DNA of 64,000 nucleotides from Yuukianura sp. NJ FZ-2021. Its lineage: Eukaryota. Positions 33,045 through 48,000 of the stretch are shown here, piece by piece. The notes under the pieces were generated by a model that ran no database searches, had not been told where the DNA came from, and saw nothing but the letters and a program-made list of their open reading frames with translations. The number at the start of each line of letters is the position of its first letter. The stretch's first letter is position 1. The stretch spans positions 6,448,001 to 6,512,000 of the forward strand of contig CM102285.1 in the NCBI GenBank assembly GCA_046563655.1, written 5' to 3'. Made by a program: the position numbers and the translations under genes.

Positions 33045-36000
33045 GAATATTCGCTCACAGCGACATCGCAAAGCGTTCATTTTGCGTAGCTGTCATTTTA
33101 TTTATCGTGACGGCCTTGAAAACATATTCAATAGCTCTCGAGACTTTGGGTGCCTCGCTGGATTCATTATATTCAAAAATATTCGCTCACAGCGACATCG
33201 CAAGGCGTTCGTGTAGCGTAGCTGTCATTCTATTTATCGTGACGGCCTTAAAAACATACTCAATAGAGCCCGCGTTGCACTCATTACATTCAAGAATATT
33301 CGCTCACAGCGACATCGCAAAGCGTTCATTTGGCGTAGCTGTCATTTTATTTATCGTGACGGTCTTGAAAACATATTCAATAGCTCTCGAGACTTTGGGT
33401 GCCTCGCTGGACTCATTATATTCAAGAATATTCGCTCACAGCGACATTGTAAAGCGTGCTCGTAGCGTAGCGGTCATTTTATGGATCCTGACGGCGTGAT
33501 AAAAACATACTACAAAACCTTCGTAACTTTAAAATTTGGGTCCCGGCGCTGGATTCATTACATTCAAGAATATTCGCTCACAACGACGTCGCAAGGCGTT
33601 CGTGTAGCGTAGCTGTCATTCTATTTATCGTGACGGCCTTAAAAACATACTCAATAGAGCCCGCGTTGCACTCAATACATTCAAGAATATTCGCTCACAG
33701 CGACATCGCAAAGCGTTCATTTGGCGTAGCTGTCATTTTATTTATCGTGACGGTCTTGAAAACATATTCAATAGCTCTCGAGACTTTGGGTGCCTCGCTG
33801 GATTCATTATATTCAAAAATATTCGCTCACAGCGACATCGCAAGGCGTTCGTGTAGCGTAGCTGTCATTCTATTTATCGTGACGGCCTTAAAAACATACT
33901 CAATAGAGCCCGCGTTGCACTCATTATATTTAAGAATATTCGCTCACAGCGACATCGTAAAGCGTTCGTGTAGCGTAGCTGTCAATTAATTTATTGTGAC
34001 GGCCTTGAAAACATATTCAATAGCTCTCGAGACTTTGGGTGCCTCGCTGGACTCATTATATTCAAGAATATTCGCTTACAGCGACATTGTAAAGCGTGCT
34101 CGTAGCGTAGCGGTCATTTTATGGATCTTGACGGCGTGATAAAAACATACTACAAAACCTTCGTAACTTTAAAATTTGGGTCCCCGCGCTGGACTCATTA
34201 TATTCAAGAATATTTGCTCACAGCGACATCGCAAGGCGTTCGTGTAGCGTAGCTGTCATTCTATTTATCGTGACGGCCTTAAAAACATACTCAATAGAGC
34301 CCGCGTTGCACTCATTACATTCAAGAATATTCGCTCACAGCGACATCGCAAAGCGTTCATTTGGCGTAGCTGTCATTTTATTTATCGTGACGGTCTTGAA
34401 AACATATTCAATAGCTCTCGAGACTTTGGGTGCCTCGCTGGACTCATTATATTCAAGAATATTTGCTCACAGCGACATCGCAAAGCGTTCATTTGGCGTA
34501 GCTGTCATTTTATTTATCGTGACGGTCTTGAAAACATATTCAATAGCTCTCGAGACTTTGGGTGCCTCGCTGGACTCATTATATTCAAGAATATTCGCTC
34601 ACAGCGACATTGTAAAGCGTGCTCGTAGCGTAGCGGTCATTTTATGGATCCTGACGGCGTGATAAAAACATACTACAAAACCTTCGTAACTTTAAAATTT
34701 GGGTCCCCGCGCTGGATTCATTACATTCAAGAATATTCGCTCACAGTGACATCGTAAAGCGTTAATGTTGCGTAGCTGTCGTTTTATTTATCGTGACGGC
34801 GTTGAAAACATACTCCATAGAGCCCGCGTTGCACACATGACATTCAAGAATATTCGCTCACAGCGACATCGCAAAGCGTTCATTTGGCGTAGCTGTCATT
34901 TTATTTATCGTGACGGTCTTGAAAACATATTCAATAGCTCTCGAGACTTTGGGTGCCTCGCTGGACTCATTATATTCAAGAATATTCGCTCACAGCGACA
35001 TTGTAAAGCGTGCTCGTAGCGTAGCGGTCATTTTATGGATCATGGCGGCGTGATAAAAATATACTACAAAACCTTCGTAACATTAAAATTTGGGTCCCCG
35101 CGCTGGATTTATTACATTCAAGAATATTCGCTCACAGCGACATTGTAAACCGTGCTCGTAGCGTAGCGGTCATTTTATGGATCATGGCGGCGTGATAAAA
35201 ATATACTACAAAACTTTCGTAACATTAAAATTTGGGTCCCCGCGCTGGATTTATTACATTCAAGAATATTCGCTCACAGTGACATCGTAAAGCGTTAATG
35301 TTGCGTAGCTGTCGTTTTATTTATCGTGACGGCGTTGAAAACATACTCCATAGAGCCCGCGTTGCACACATGACATTCAAGAATATTCGCTCACAGCGAC
35401 ATCGCAAAGCGTTCATTTGGCGTAGCTGTCATTTTATTTATCGTGACGGTCTTGAAAACATATTCAATAGCTCTCGAGACTTTGGGTGCCTCGCTGGACT
35501 CATTATATTCAAGAATATTCGCTCACAGCGACATCGCAAAGCGTTCATTTGGCGTAGCTGTCATTTTATTTATCGTGACGGTCTTGAAAACATATTCAAT
35601 AGCTCTCGAGACTTTGGGTGCCTCGCTGGACTCATTATATTCAAGAATATTCGCTCACAGCGACATTGTAAAGCGTGCTCGTAGCGTAGCGGTCATTTTA
35701 TGGATCCTGACGGCGTGATAAAAACATCCTACAAAACCTTTGTAACTTTAAAATTTGGGTCCCCGCGTTGCAGTCATTACATTCAAGAATATTCGCTCAC
35801 AGCGACATCGCAAAGCGTTCATTTGGCGTAGCTGTCATTTTATTTATCGTGACGGTCTTGAAAACATATTCAATAGCTCTCGAGACTTTGGGTGCCTCGC
35901 TGGACTCATTATATTCAAGAATATTCGCTCACAGCGACATTGTAAAGCGTGCTCGTAGCGTAGCGGTCATTTTATGGATCCTGACTGCGTGATAAAAACA

Positions 36001-39000
36001 TACTACAAAACCTTCGTAACTTTAAAATTTGTGTCCCCGCGCTGGATTCATTACATTCAAGAATATTCGCTCACAGCAACGTCGCAAGGCGTTCGTGTAG
36101 CGTAGCTGTCATTCTATTTATCGTGACGGCCTTAAAAACATACTCAATAGAGCCCGCGTTGCACTCATTACATTCAAGAATATTCGCTCCCAGCGACATT
36201 GTAAAGCGTGCTCGTAGCGTAGCGGTCATTTTATGGATCCTGACGGCGTGATAAAAACATACTACAAAACCTTCGTAACTTTAAAATTTGTGTCCCCGCG
36301 CTGGATTCATTACATTCAAGAATATTCGCTCACAGCAACGTCGCAAGGCGTTCGTGTAGCGTAGCTGTCATTTTATTTATCGTGACGGTCTTGAAAACAT
36401 ATTCAATAGCTCTCGAGACTTTGGGTGCCTCGCTGGACTCATTATATTCAAGAATATTCGCTCACAGCGACATTGTAAAGCGTGCTCGTAGCGTAGCGGT
36501 CATTTTATGGATCCTGACGGCGTGATAAAAACATCCTACAAAACCTTTGTAACTTTAAAATTTGGGTCCCCGCGTTGCAGTCATTACATTCAAGAATATT
36601 CGCTCACAGCGACATCGCAAAGCGTTCATTTGGCGTAGCTGTCATTTTATTTATCGTGACGGTCTTGAAAACATATTCAATAGCTCTCGAGACTTTGGGT
36701 GCCTCGCTGGACTCATTATATTCAAGAATATTCGCTCACAGCGACATTGTAAAGCGTGCTCGTAGCGTAGCGGTCATTTTATGGATCCTGACGGCGTGAT
36801 AAAAACATCCTACAAAACCTTCGTAACTTTAAAATTTGTGTCCCCGCGCTGGATTCATTACATTCAAGAATATTCGCTCACAGCAACGTCGCAAGGCGTT
36901 CGTGTAGCGTAGCTGTCATTCTATTTATCGTGACGGCCTTAAAAACATACTCAATAGAGCCCGCGTTGCACTCATTACATTCAAGAATATTCGCTCCCAG
37001 CGACATTGTAAAGCGTGCTCGTAGCGTAGCGGTCATTTTATGGATCCTGACGGCGTGATAAAAACATACTACAAAACCTTCGTAACTTTAAAATTTGTGT
37101 CCCCGCGCTGGATTCATTACATTCAAGAATATTCGCTCACAGCAACGTCGCAAGGCGTTCGTGTAGCGTAGCTGTCATTTTATTTATCGTGACGGTCTTG
37201 AAAACATATTCAATAGCTCTCGAGACTTTGGGTGCCTCGCTGGACTCATTATATTCAAGAATATTCGCTCACAGCGACATTGTAAAGCGTGCTCGTAGCG
37301 TAGCGGTCATTTTATGGATCCTGACGGCGTGATAAAAACATCCTACAAAACCTTTGTAACTTTAAAATTTGGGTCCCCGCGTTGCAGTCATTACATTCAA
37401 GAATATTCGCTCACAGCGACATCGCAAAGCGTTCATTTGGCGTAGCTGTCATTTTATTTATCGTGACGGTCTTGAAAACATATTCAATAGCTCTCGAGAC
37501 TTTGGGTGCCTCGCTGGACTCATTATATTCAAGAATATTCGCTCACAGCGACATTGTAAAGCGTGCTCGTAGCGTAGCGGTCATTTTATGGATCCTGACG
37601 GCGTGATAAAAACATCCTACAAAACCTTCGTAACTTTAAAATTTGTGTCCCCGCGCTGGATTCATTACATTCAAGAATATTCGCTCACAGCAACGTCGCA
37701 AGGCGTTCGTGTAGCGTAGCTGTCATTCTATTTATCGTGACGGCCTTAAAAACATACTCAATAGAGCCCGCGTTGCACTCATTACATTCAAGAATATTCG
37801 CTCACAGCGACATTGTAAAGCGTTCATTTGGCGTAGCTGTCATTTTATTTATCGTGACGGCCTTGAAAACATATTCAATAGCTCTCGAGACTTTGGGTGC
37901 CTCGCTGGACTCATTATATTCAAGAATATTCGCTCACAGCGACATTGTAAAGCGTGCTCGTAGCGTAGCGGTCATTTTATGGATCCTGACGGCGTGATAA
38001 AAACATCCTACAAAACCTTCGTAACTTTAAAATTTGGGTCCCCGCGCTGGATTCATTACATTCAAGAATATTCGCTCACAGCGACATCGCAAAGCGTTCA
38101 TTTTGCGTAGCTGTGATTTTATTTATCGTGACGGCCTTGAAAACATATTCAATAGCTCTCGAGACTTTGGGTGCCTCGCTGGACTCATTATATTCAAGAA
38201 TATTCGCTCACAGCGACATTGTAAAGCGTGCTCGTAGCGTAGCGGTCATTTTATGGATCCTGACGGCGTGATAAAAACATCCTACAAAACCTTCGTAACT
38301 TTAAAATTTGGGTCCCCGCGCTGGATTCATTACATTCAAGAATATTCGCTCACAGCGACATCGCAAAGCGTTCATTTTGCGTAGCTGTGATTTTATTTAT
38401 CGTGACGGCCTTGAAAACATATTCAATAGCTCTCGAGACTTTGGGTGCCTCGCTGGACTCATTATATTCAAGAATATTCGCTCACAGCGACATTGTAAAG
38501 CGTGCTCGTAGCGTAGCGGTCATTTTATGGATCCTGACGGCGTGATAAAAACATTCTACAAAACGTTCGTAACTTTAAAATTTGTGTCCCCGCGTTGCAC
38601 TCATTACATTCAAGAATATTCGCTCACAGCGACATCGCAAGGCGTTCGTGTAGCGTAGCTGTCATTCTATTTATCGTGACGGCCTTAAAATCATACTCAA
38701 TAGAGCCCGCGTTGCACACATTACATTCAAGAATATTCGCTCACAGCGACATTGTAAAGCGTTCATTTGGCGTAGCTGTCATTTTATTTATCGTGACGGC
38801 CTTGAAAACATATTCAATAGCTCTCGAGACTTTGGGTGCCTCGCTGGACTCATTATATTCAAGAATATTCGCTCACAGCGACATTGTAAAGCGTGCTCGT
38901 AGCGTAGCGGTCATTTTATGGATCCTGACGGCGTGATAAAAACATCCTACAAAACCTTCGTAACTTTAAAATTTGGGTCCCCGCGCTGGATTCATTACAT

Positions 39001-42000
39001 TCAAGAATATTCGCTCACAGCGACATCGCAAAGCGTTCATTTTGCGTAGCTGTGATTTTATTTATCGTGACGGCCTTGAAAACATATTCAATAGCTCTCG
39101 AGACTTTGGGTGCCTCGCTGGACTCATTATATTCAAGAATATTCGCTCACAGCGACATTGTAAAGCGTGCTCGTAGCGTAGCGGTCATTTTATGGATCCT
39201 GACGGCGTGATAAAAACATCCTACAAAACCTTCGTAACTTTAAAATTTGGGTCCCCGCGCTGGATTCATTACATTCAAGAATATTCGCTCACAGCGACAT
39301 CGCAAAGCGTTCATTTTGCGTAGCTGTGATTTTATTTATCGTGACGGCCTTGAAAACATATTCAATAGCTCTCGAGACTTTGGGTGCCTCGCTGGACTCA
39401 TTATATTCAAGAATATTCGCTCACAGCGACATTGTAAAGCGTGCTCGTAGCGTAGCGGTCATTTTATGGATCCTGACGGCGTGATAAAAACATTCTACAA
39501 AACCTTCGTAACTTTAAAATTTGTGTCCCCGCGTTGCACTCATTACATTCAAGAATATTCGCTCACAGCGACATCGCAAGGCGTTCGTGTAGCGTAGCTG
39601 TCATTCTATTTATCGTGACGGCCTTAAAATCATACTCAATAGAGCCCGCGTTGCACACATTACATTCAAGAATATTCGCTCACAGCGACATCGCAAAGCG
39701 TTCATTTGGCGTAGCTGTCATTTTATTTATCGTGACGGTCTTGAAAACATATTTAATAGCTCTCGAGACTTTGGGTGCCTTGCTGGACTCATTATATTCA
39801 AGAATATTCGCTCACAGCGACATTGTAAAGCGTGCTCGTAGCGTAGCGGTCATTTTATGGATCCTGACGGCGTGATAAAAACATCCTACAAAACCTTCGT
39901 AACTTTAAAATTTGGGTCCCCGCGCTGGATTCATTACATTCAAGAATATTCGCTCACAGCGACGTCGCAAGGCGTTCGTGTAGCGTAGCTGTCATTTTAT
40001 TTATCGTGACGCCCTTGAAAACATATTCAATAGCTCTCGAGACCTTGGGTGCCTCGCTGGACTCATTATATTCAAGAATATTCGCTCACAGCGACATTGT
40101 AAAGCGTGCTCGTGGCGTAGCGGTCATTTTATGGATCCTGACGGCGTGATAAAAACATACTCCAAATACTTCTTAACTTTAAAATTTGTGTCCCCGCGCT
40201 GGATCCATTACATTCAAGAATATTCGCTCACAGCGACGTCGCAAGGCGTTCGTGTAGCGTAGCTGTCATTCTATTTATCGTGACGGCCTTAAAAACATAC
40301 TCAATAGAGCCCGCGTTGCACTCATTACATTCGAGAATATTCGCTCGCAGCGACATCGCAAAGGGTTCATTTTGCGTAGCTGTGATTTTATTTATCGTGA
40401 CGGCCTTGAAAACATATTCAATAGCTCTCGAGACTTTGGGTGCCTCGCTGGACTCATTATATTCAAGAATATTCGCTCACAGCGACATTGTAAAGCGTGC
40501 TCGTAGCGTAGCGGTCATTTTATGGATCATGGCGGCGTGATAAAAATATACTACAAAACCTTCGTAACATTAAAATTTGGGTCCCCGCGCTGGATTTATT
40601 ACATTCAAGAATATTCGCTCACAGCGACATTGTAAACCGTGCTCGTAGCGTAGCGGTCATTTTATGGATCATGGCGGCGTGATAAAAATATACTACAAAA
40701 CCTTCGTAACATTAAAATTTGGGTCCCCGCGCTGGATTTATTACATTCAAGAATATTCGCTCACAGTGACATCGTAAAGCGTTAATGTTGCGTAGCTGTC
40801 GTTTTATTTATCGTGACGGCGTTGAAAACATACTCCATAGAGCCCGCGTTGCACACATGACATTCAAGAATATTCGCTCACAGCGACATCGCAAAGCGTT
40901 CATTTGGCGTAGCTGTCATTTTATTTATCGTGACGGTCTTGAAAACATATTCAATAGCTCTCGAGACTTTGGGTGCCTCGCTGGACTCATTATATTCAAG
41001 AATATTCGCTCACAGCGACATCGCAAAGCGTTCATTTGGCGTAGCTGTCATTTTATTTATCGTGACGGTCTTGAAAACATATTCAATAGCTCTCGAGACT
41101 TTGGGTGCCTCGCTGGACTCATTATATTCAAGAATATTCGCTCACAGCGACATTGTAAAGCGTGCTCGTAGCGTAGCGGTCATTTTATGGATCCTGACGG
41201 CGTGATAAAAACATCCTACAAAACCTTTGTAACTTTAAAATTTGGGTCCCCGCGTTGCAGTCATTACATTCAAGAATATTCGCTCACAGCGACATCGCAA
41301 AGCGTTCATTTGGCGTAGCTGTCATTTTATTTATCGTGACGGTCTTGAAAACATATTCAATAGCTCTCGAGACTTTGGGTGCCTCGCTGGACTCATTATA
41401 TTCAAGAATATTCGCTCACAGCGACATTGTAAAGCGTGCTCGTAGCGTAGCGGTCATTTTATGGATCCTGACTGCGTGATAAAAACATACTACAAAACCT
41501 TCGTAACTTTAAAATTTGTGTCCCCGCGCTGGATTCATTACATTCAAGAATATTCGCTCACAGCAACGTCGCAAGGCGTTCGTGTAGCGTAGCTGTCATT
41601 CTATTTATCGTGACGGCCTTAAAAACATACTCAATAGAGCCCGCGTTGCACTCATTACATTCAAGAATATTCGCTCCCAGCGACATTGTAAAGCGTGCTC
41701 GTAGCGTAGCGGTCATTTTATGGATCCTGACGGCGTGATAAAAACATACTACAAAACCTTCGTAACTTTAAAATTTGTGTCCCCGCGCTGGATTCATTAC
41801 ATTCAAGAATATTCGCTCACAGCAACGTCGCAAGGCGTTCGTGTAGCGTAGCTGTCATTTTATTTATCGTGACGGTCTTGAAAACATATTCAATAGCTCT
41901 CGAGACTTTGGGTGCCTCGCTGGACTCATTATATTCAAGAATATTCGCTCACAGCGACATTGTAAAGCGTGCTCGTAGCGTAGCGGTCATTTTATGGATC

Positions 42001-45000
42001 CTGACGGCGTGATAAAAACATCCTACAAAACCTTTGTAACTTTAAAATTTGGGTCCCCGCGTTGCAGTCATTACATTCAAGAATATTCGCTCACAGCGAC
42101 ATCGCAAAGCGTTCATTTGGCGTAGCTGTCATTTTATTTATCGTGACGGTCTTGAAAACATATTCAATAGCTCTCGAGACTTTGGGTGCCTCGCTGGACT
42201 CATTATATTCAAGAATATTCGCTCACAGCGACATTGTAAAGCGTGCTCGTAGCGTAGCGGTCATTTTATGGATCCTGACGGCGTGATAAAAACATCCTAC
42301 AAAACCTTCGTAACTTTAAAATTTGTGTCCCCGCGCTGGATTCATTACATTCAAGAATATTCGCTCACAGCAACGTCGCAAGGCGTTCGTGTAGCGTAGC
42401 TGTCATTCTATTTATCGTGACGGCCTTAAAAACATACTCAATAGAGCCCGCGTTGCACTCATTACATTCAAGAATATTCGCTCACAGCGACATTGTAAAG
42501 CGTTCATTTGGCGTAGCTGTCATTTTATTTATCGTGACGGCCTTGAAAACATATTCAATAGCTCTCGAGACTTTGGGTGCCTCGCTGGACTCATTATATT
42601 CAAGAATATTCGCTCACAGCGACATTGTAAAGCGTGCTCGTAGCGTAGCGGTCATTTTATGGATCCTGACGGCGTGATAAAAACATCCTACAAAACCTTC
42701 GTAACTTTAAAATTTGGGTCCCCGCGCTGGATTCATTACATTCAAGAATATTCGCTCACAGCGACATCGCAAAGCGTTCATTTTGCGTAGCTGTGATTTT
42801 ATTTATCGTGACGGCCTTGAAAACATATTCAATAGCTCTCGAGACTTTGGGTGCCTCGCTGGACTCATTATATTCAAGAATATTCGCTCACAGCGACATT
42901 GTAAAGCGTGCTCGTAGCGTAGCGGTCATTTTATGGATCCTGACGGCGTGATAAAAACATCCTACAAAACCTTCGTAACTTTAAAATTTGGGTCCCCGCG
43001 CTGGATTCATTACATTCAAGAATATTCGCTCACAGCGACATCGCAAAGCGTTCATTTTGCGTAGCTGTGATTTTATTTATCGTGACGGCCTTGAAAACAT
43101 ATTCAATAGCTCTCGAGACTTTGGGTGCCTCGCTGGACTCATTATATTCAAGAATATTCGCTCACAGCGACATTGTAAAGCGTGCTCGTAGCGTAGCGGT
43201 CATTTTATGGATCCTGACGGCGTGATAAAAACATTCTACAAAACCTTCGTAACTTTAAAATTTGTGTCCCCGCGTTGCACTCATTACATTCAAGAATATT
43301 CGCTCACAGCGACATCGCAAGGCGTTCGTGTAGCGTAGCTGTCATTCTATTTATCGTGACGGCCTTAAAATCATACTCAATAGAGCCCGCGTTGCACACA
43401 TTACATTCAAGAATATTCGCTCACAGCGACATTGTAAAGCGTTCATTTGGCGTAGCTGTCATTTTATTTATCGTGACGGCCTTGAAAACATATTCAATAG
43501 CTCTCGAGACTTTGGGTGCCTCGCTGGACTCATTATATTCAAGAATATTCGCTCACAGCGACATTGTAAAGCGTGCTCGTAGCGTAGCGGTCATTTTATG
43601 GATCCTGACGGCGTGATAAAAACATCCTACAAAACCTTCGTAACTTTAAAATTTGGGTCCCCGCGCTGGATTCATTACATTCAAGAATATTCGCTCACAG
43701 CGACATCGCAAAGCGTTCATTTTGCGTAGCTGTGATTTTATTTATCGTGACGGCCTTGAAAACATATTCAATAGCTCTCGAGACTTTGGGTGCCTCGCTG
43801 GACTCATTATATTCAAGAATATTCGCTCACAGCGACATTGTAAAGCGTGCTCGTAGCGTAGCGGTCATTTTATGGATCCTGACGGCGTGATAAAAACATC
43901 CTACAAAACCTTCGTAACTTTAAAATTTGGGTCCCCGCGCTGGATTCATTACATTCAAGAATATTCGCTCACAGCGACATCGCAAAGCGTTCATTTTGCG
44001 TAGCTGTGATTTTATTTATCGTGACGGCCTTGAAAACATATTCAATAGCTCTCGAGACTTTGGGTGCCTCGCTGGACTCATTATATTCAAGAATATTCGC
44101 TCACAGCGACATTGTAAAGCGTGCTCGTAGCGTAGCGGTCATTTTATGGATCCTGACGGCGTGATAAAAACATTCTACAAAACCTTCGTAACTTTAAAAT
44201 TTGTGTCCCCGCGTTGCACTCATTACATTCAAGAATATTCGCTCACAGCGACATCGCAAGGCGTTCGTGTAGCGTAGCTGTCATTCTATTTATCGTGACG
44301 GCCTTAAAATCATACTCAATAGAGCCCGCGTTGCACACATTACATTCAAGAATATTCGCTCACAGCGACATCGCAAAGCGTTCATTTGGCGTAGCTGTCA
44401 TTTTATTTATCGTGACGGTCTTGAAAACATATTTAATAGCTCTCGAGACTTTGGGTGCCTTGCTGGACTCATTATATTCAAGAATATTCGCTCACAGCGA
44501 CATTGTAAAGCGTGCTCGTAGCGTAGCGGTCATTTTATGGATCCTGACGGCGTGATAAAAACATCCTACAAAACCTTCGTAACTTTAAAATTTGGGTCCC
44601 CGCGCTGGATTCATTACATTCAAGAATATTCGCTCACAGCGACGTCGCAAGGCGTTCGTGTAGCGTAGCTGTCATTTTATTTATCGTGACGCCCTTGAAA
44701 ACATATTCAATAGCTCTCGAGACCTTGGGTGCCTCGCTGGACTCATTATATTCAAGAATATTCGCTCACAGCGACATTGTAAAGCGTGCTCGTGGCGTAG
44801 CGGTCATTTTATGGATCATGACGGCGTGATAAAAACATACTCCAAATACTTCTTAACTTTAAAATTTGTGTCCCCGCGCTGGATCCATTACATTCAAGAA
44901 TATTCGCTCACAGCGACGTCGCAAGGCGTTCGTGTAGCGTAGCTGTCATTCTATTTATCGTGACGGCCTTAAAAACATACTCAATAGAGCCCGCGTTGCA

Positions 45001-48000
45001 CTCATTACATTCGAGAATATTCGCTCGCAGCGACATCGCAAAGGGTTCATTTTGCGTAGCTGTGATTTTATTTATCGTGACGGCCTTGAAAACATATTCA
45101 ATAGCTCTCGAGACTTTGGGTGCCTCGCTGGACTCATTATATTCAAGAATATTCGCTCACAGCGACATTGTAAAGCGTGCTCGTAGCGTAGCGGTCATTT
45201 TATGGATCATGGCGGCGTGATAAAAATATACTACAAAACCTTCGTAACATTAAAATTTGGGTCCCCGCGCTGGATTTATTACATTCAAGAATATTCGCTC
45301 ACAGCGACATTGTAAACCGTGCTCGTAGCGTAGCGGTCATTTTATGGATCATGGCGGCGTGATAAAAATATACTACAAAACCTTCGTAACATTAAAATTT
45401 GGGTCCCCGCGCTGGATTTATTACATTCAAGAATATTCGCTCACAGTGACATCGTAAAGCGTTAATGTTGCGTAGCTGTCGTTTTATTTATCGTGACGGC
45501 GTTGAAAACATACTCCATAGAGCCCGCGTTGCACACATGACATTCAAGAATATTCGCTCACAGCGACATCGCAAAGCGTTCATTTGGCGTAGCTGTCATT
45601 TTATTTATCGTGACGGTCTTGAAAACATATTCAATAGCTCTCGAGACTTTGGGTGCCTCGCTGGACTCATTATATTCAAGAATATTCGCTCACAGCGACA
45701 TCGCAAAGCGTTCATTTGGCGTAGCTGTCATTTTATTTATCGTGACGGTCTTGAAAACATATTCAATAGCTCTCGAGACTTTGGGTGCCTCGCTGGACTC
45801 ATTATATTCAAGAATATTCGCTCACAGCGACATTGTAAAGCGTGCTCGTAGCGTAGCGGTCATTTTATGGATCCTGACGGCGTGATAAAAACATCCTACA
45901 AAACCTTTGTAACTTTAAAATTTGGGTCCCCGCGTTGCAGTCATTACATTCAAGAATATTCGCTCACAGCGACATCGCAAAGCGTTCATTTGGCGTAGCT
46001 GTCATTTTATTTATCGTGACGGTCTTGAAAACATATTCAATAGCTCTCGAGACTTTGGGTGCCTCGCTGGACTCATTATATTCAAGAATATTCGCTCACA
46101 GCGACATTGTAAAGCGTGCTCGTAGCGTAGCGGTCATTTTATGGATCCTGACTGCGTGATAAAAACATACTACAAAACCTTCGTAACTTTAAAATTTGTG
46201 TCCCCGCGCTGGATTCATTACATTCAAGAATATTCGCTCACAGCAACGTCGCAAGGCGTTCGTGTAGCGTAGCTGTCATTCTATTTATCGTGACGGCCTT
46301 AAAAACATACTCAATAGAGCCCGCGTTGCACTCATTACATTCAAGAATATTCGCTCACAGCGACATCGCAAAGCGTCCTTGTAGCGTAGTGGTCATTTTA
46401 TGGATCATGACGGCGTGATAAAAACATACTCCAAATACTTCTTAACTTTAAAATTTGTGTCCCCGCGCTGGATCCATTACATTCAAGAATATTCGCTCAC
46501 AGCAACGTCGCAAGGCGTTCGTGTAGCGTAGCTGTCATTTTATTTATCGTGACGGTCTTGAAAACATATTCAATAGCTCTCGAGACTTTGGGTGCCTCGC
46601 TGGACTCATTATATTCAAGAATATTCGCTCACAGCGACATTGTAAAGCGTGCTCGTAGCGTAGCGGTCATTTTATGGATCCTGACGGCGTGATAAAAACA
46701 TCCTACAAAACCTTTGTAACTTTAAAATTTGGGTCCCCGCGTTGCAGTCATTACATTCAAGAATATTCGCTCACAGCGACATCGCAAAGCGTTCATTTGG
46801 CGTAGCTGTCATTTTATTTATCGTGACGGTCTTGAAAACATATTCAATAGCTCTCGAGACTTTGGGTGCCTCGCTGGACTCATTATATTCAAGAATATTC
46901 GCTCACAGCGACATTGTAAAGCGTGCTCGTAGCGTAGCGGTCATTTTATGGATCCTGACGGCGTGATAAAAACATCCTACAAAACCTTCGTAACTTTAAA
47001 ATTTGGGTCCCCGCGCTGGATTCATTACATTCAAGAATATTCGCTCACAGCGACATCGCAAAGCGTTCATTTTGCGTAGCTGTGATTTTATTTATCGTGA
47101 CGGCCTTGAAAACATATTCAATAGCTCTCGAGACTTTGGGTGCCTCGCTGGACTCATTATATTCAAGAATATTCGCTCACAGCGACATTGTAAAGCGTGC
47201 TCGTAGCGTAGCGGTCATTTTATGGATCCTGACGGCGTGATAAAAACATTCTACAAAAACTTCGTAACTTTAAAATTTGTGTCCCCGCGTTGCACTCATT
47301 ACATTCAAGAATATTCGCTCACAGCGACATCGCAAGGCGTTCGTGTAGCGTAGCTGTCATTCTATTTATCGTGACGGCCTTAAAATCATACTCAATAGAG
47401 CCCGCGTTGCACACATTACATTCAAGAATATTCGCTCACAGCGACATCGCAAAGCGTTCATTTGGCGTAGCTGTCATTTTATTTATCGTGACGGTCTTGA
47501 AAACATATTTAATAGCTCTCGAGACTTTGGGTGCCTTGCTGGACTCATTATATTCAAGAATATTCGCTCACAGCGACATTGTAAAGCGTGCTCGTAGCGT
47601 AGCGGTCATTTTATGGATCCTGACGGCGTGATAAAAACATCCTACAAAACCTTCGTAACTTTAAAATTTGGGTCCCCGCGCTGGATTCATTACATTCAAG
47701 AATATTCGCTCACAGCGACGTCGCAAGGCGTTCGTGTAGCGTAGCTGTCATTCTATTTATCGTGACGGCCTTAAAAACATACTCAATAGAGCCCGCGTTG
47801 CACTCATTACATTCAAGAATATTCGATCACAGCGACATCGCAAAGCGTTCTTTTTGCGTAGCTGTGATTTTATTTATCGTGACGGCCTTGAAAACATATT
47901 CAATAGCTCTCGAGACTTTGGGTGCCTCGCTGGACTCATTATATTCAAGAATATTCGCTCACAGCGACATTGTAAAGCGTACTCGTAGCGTAGCGGTCAT

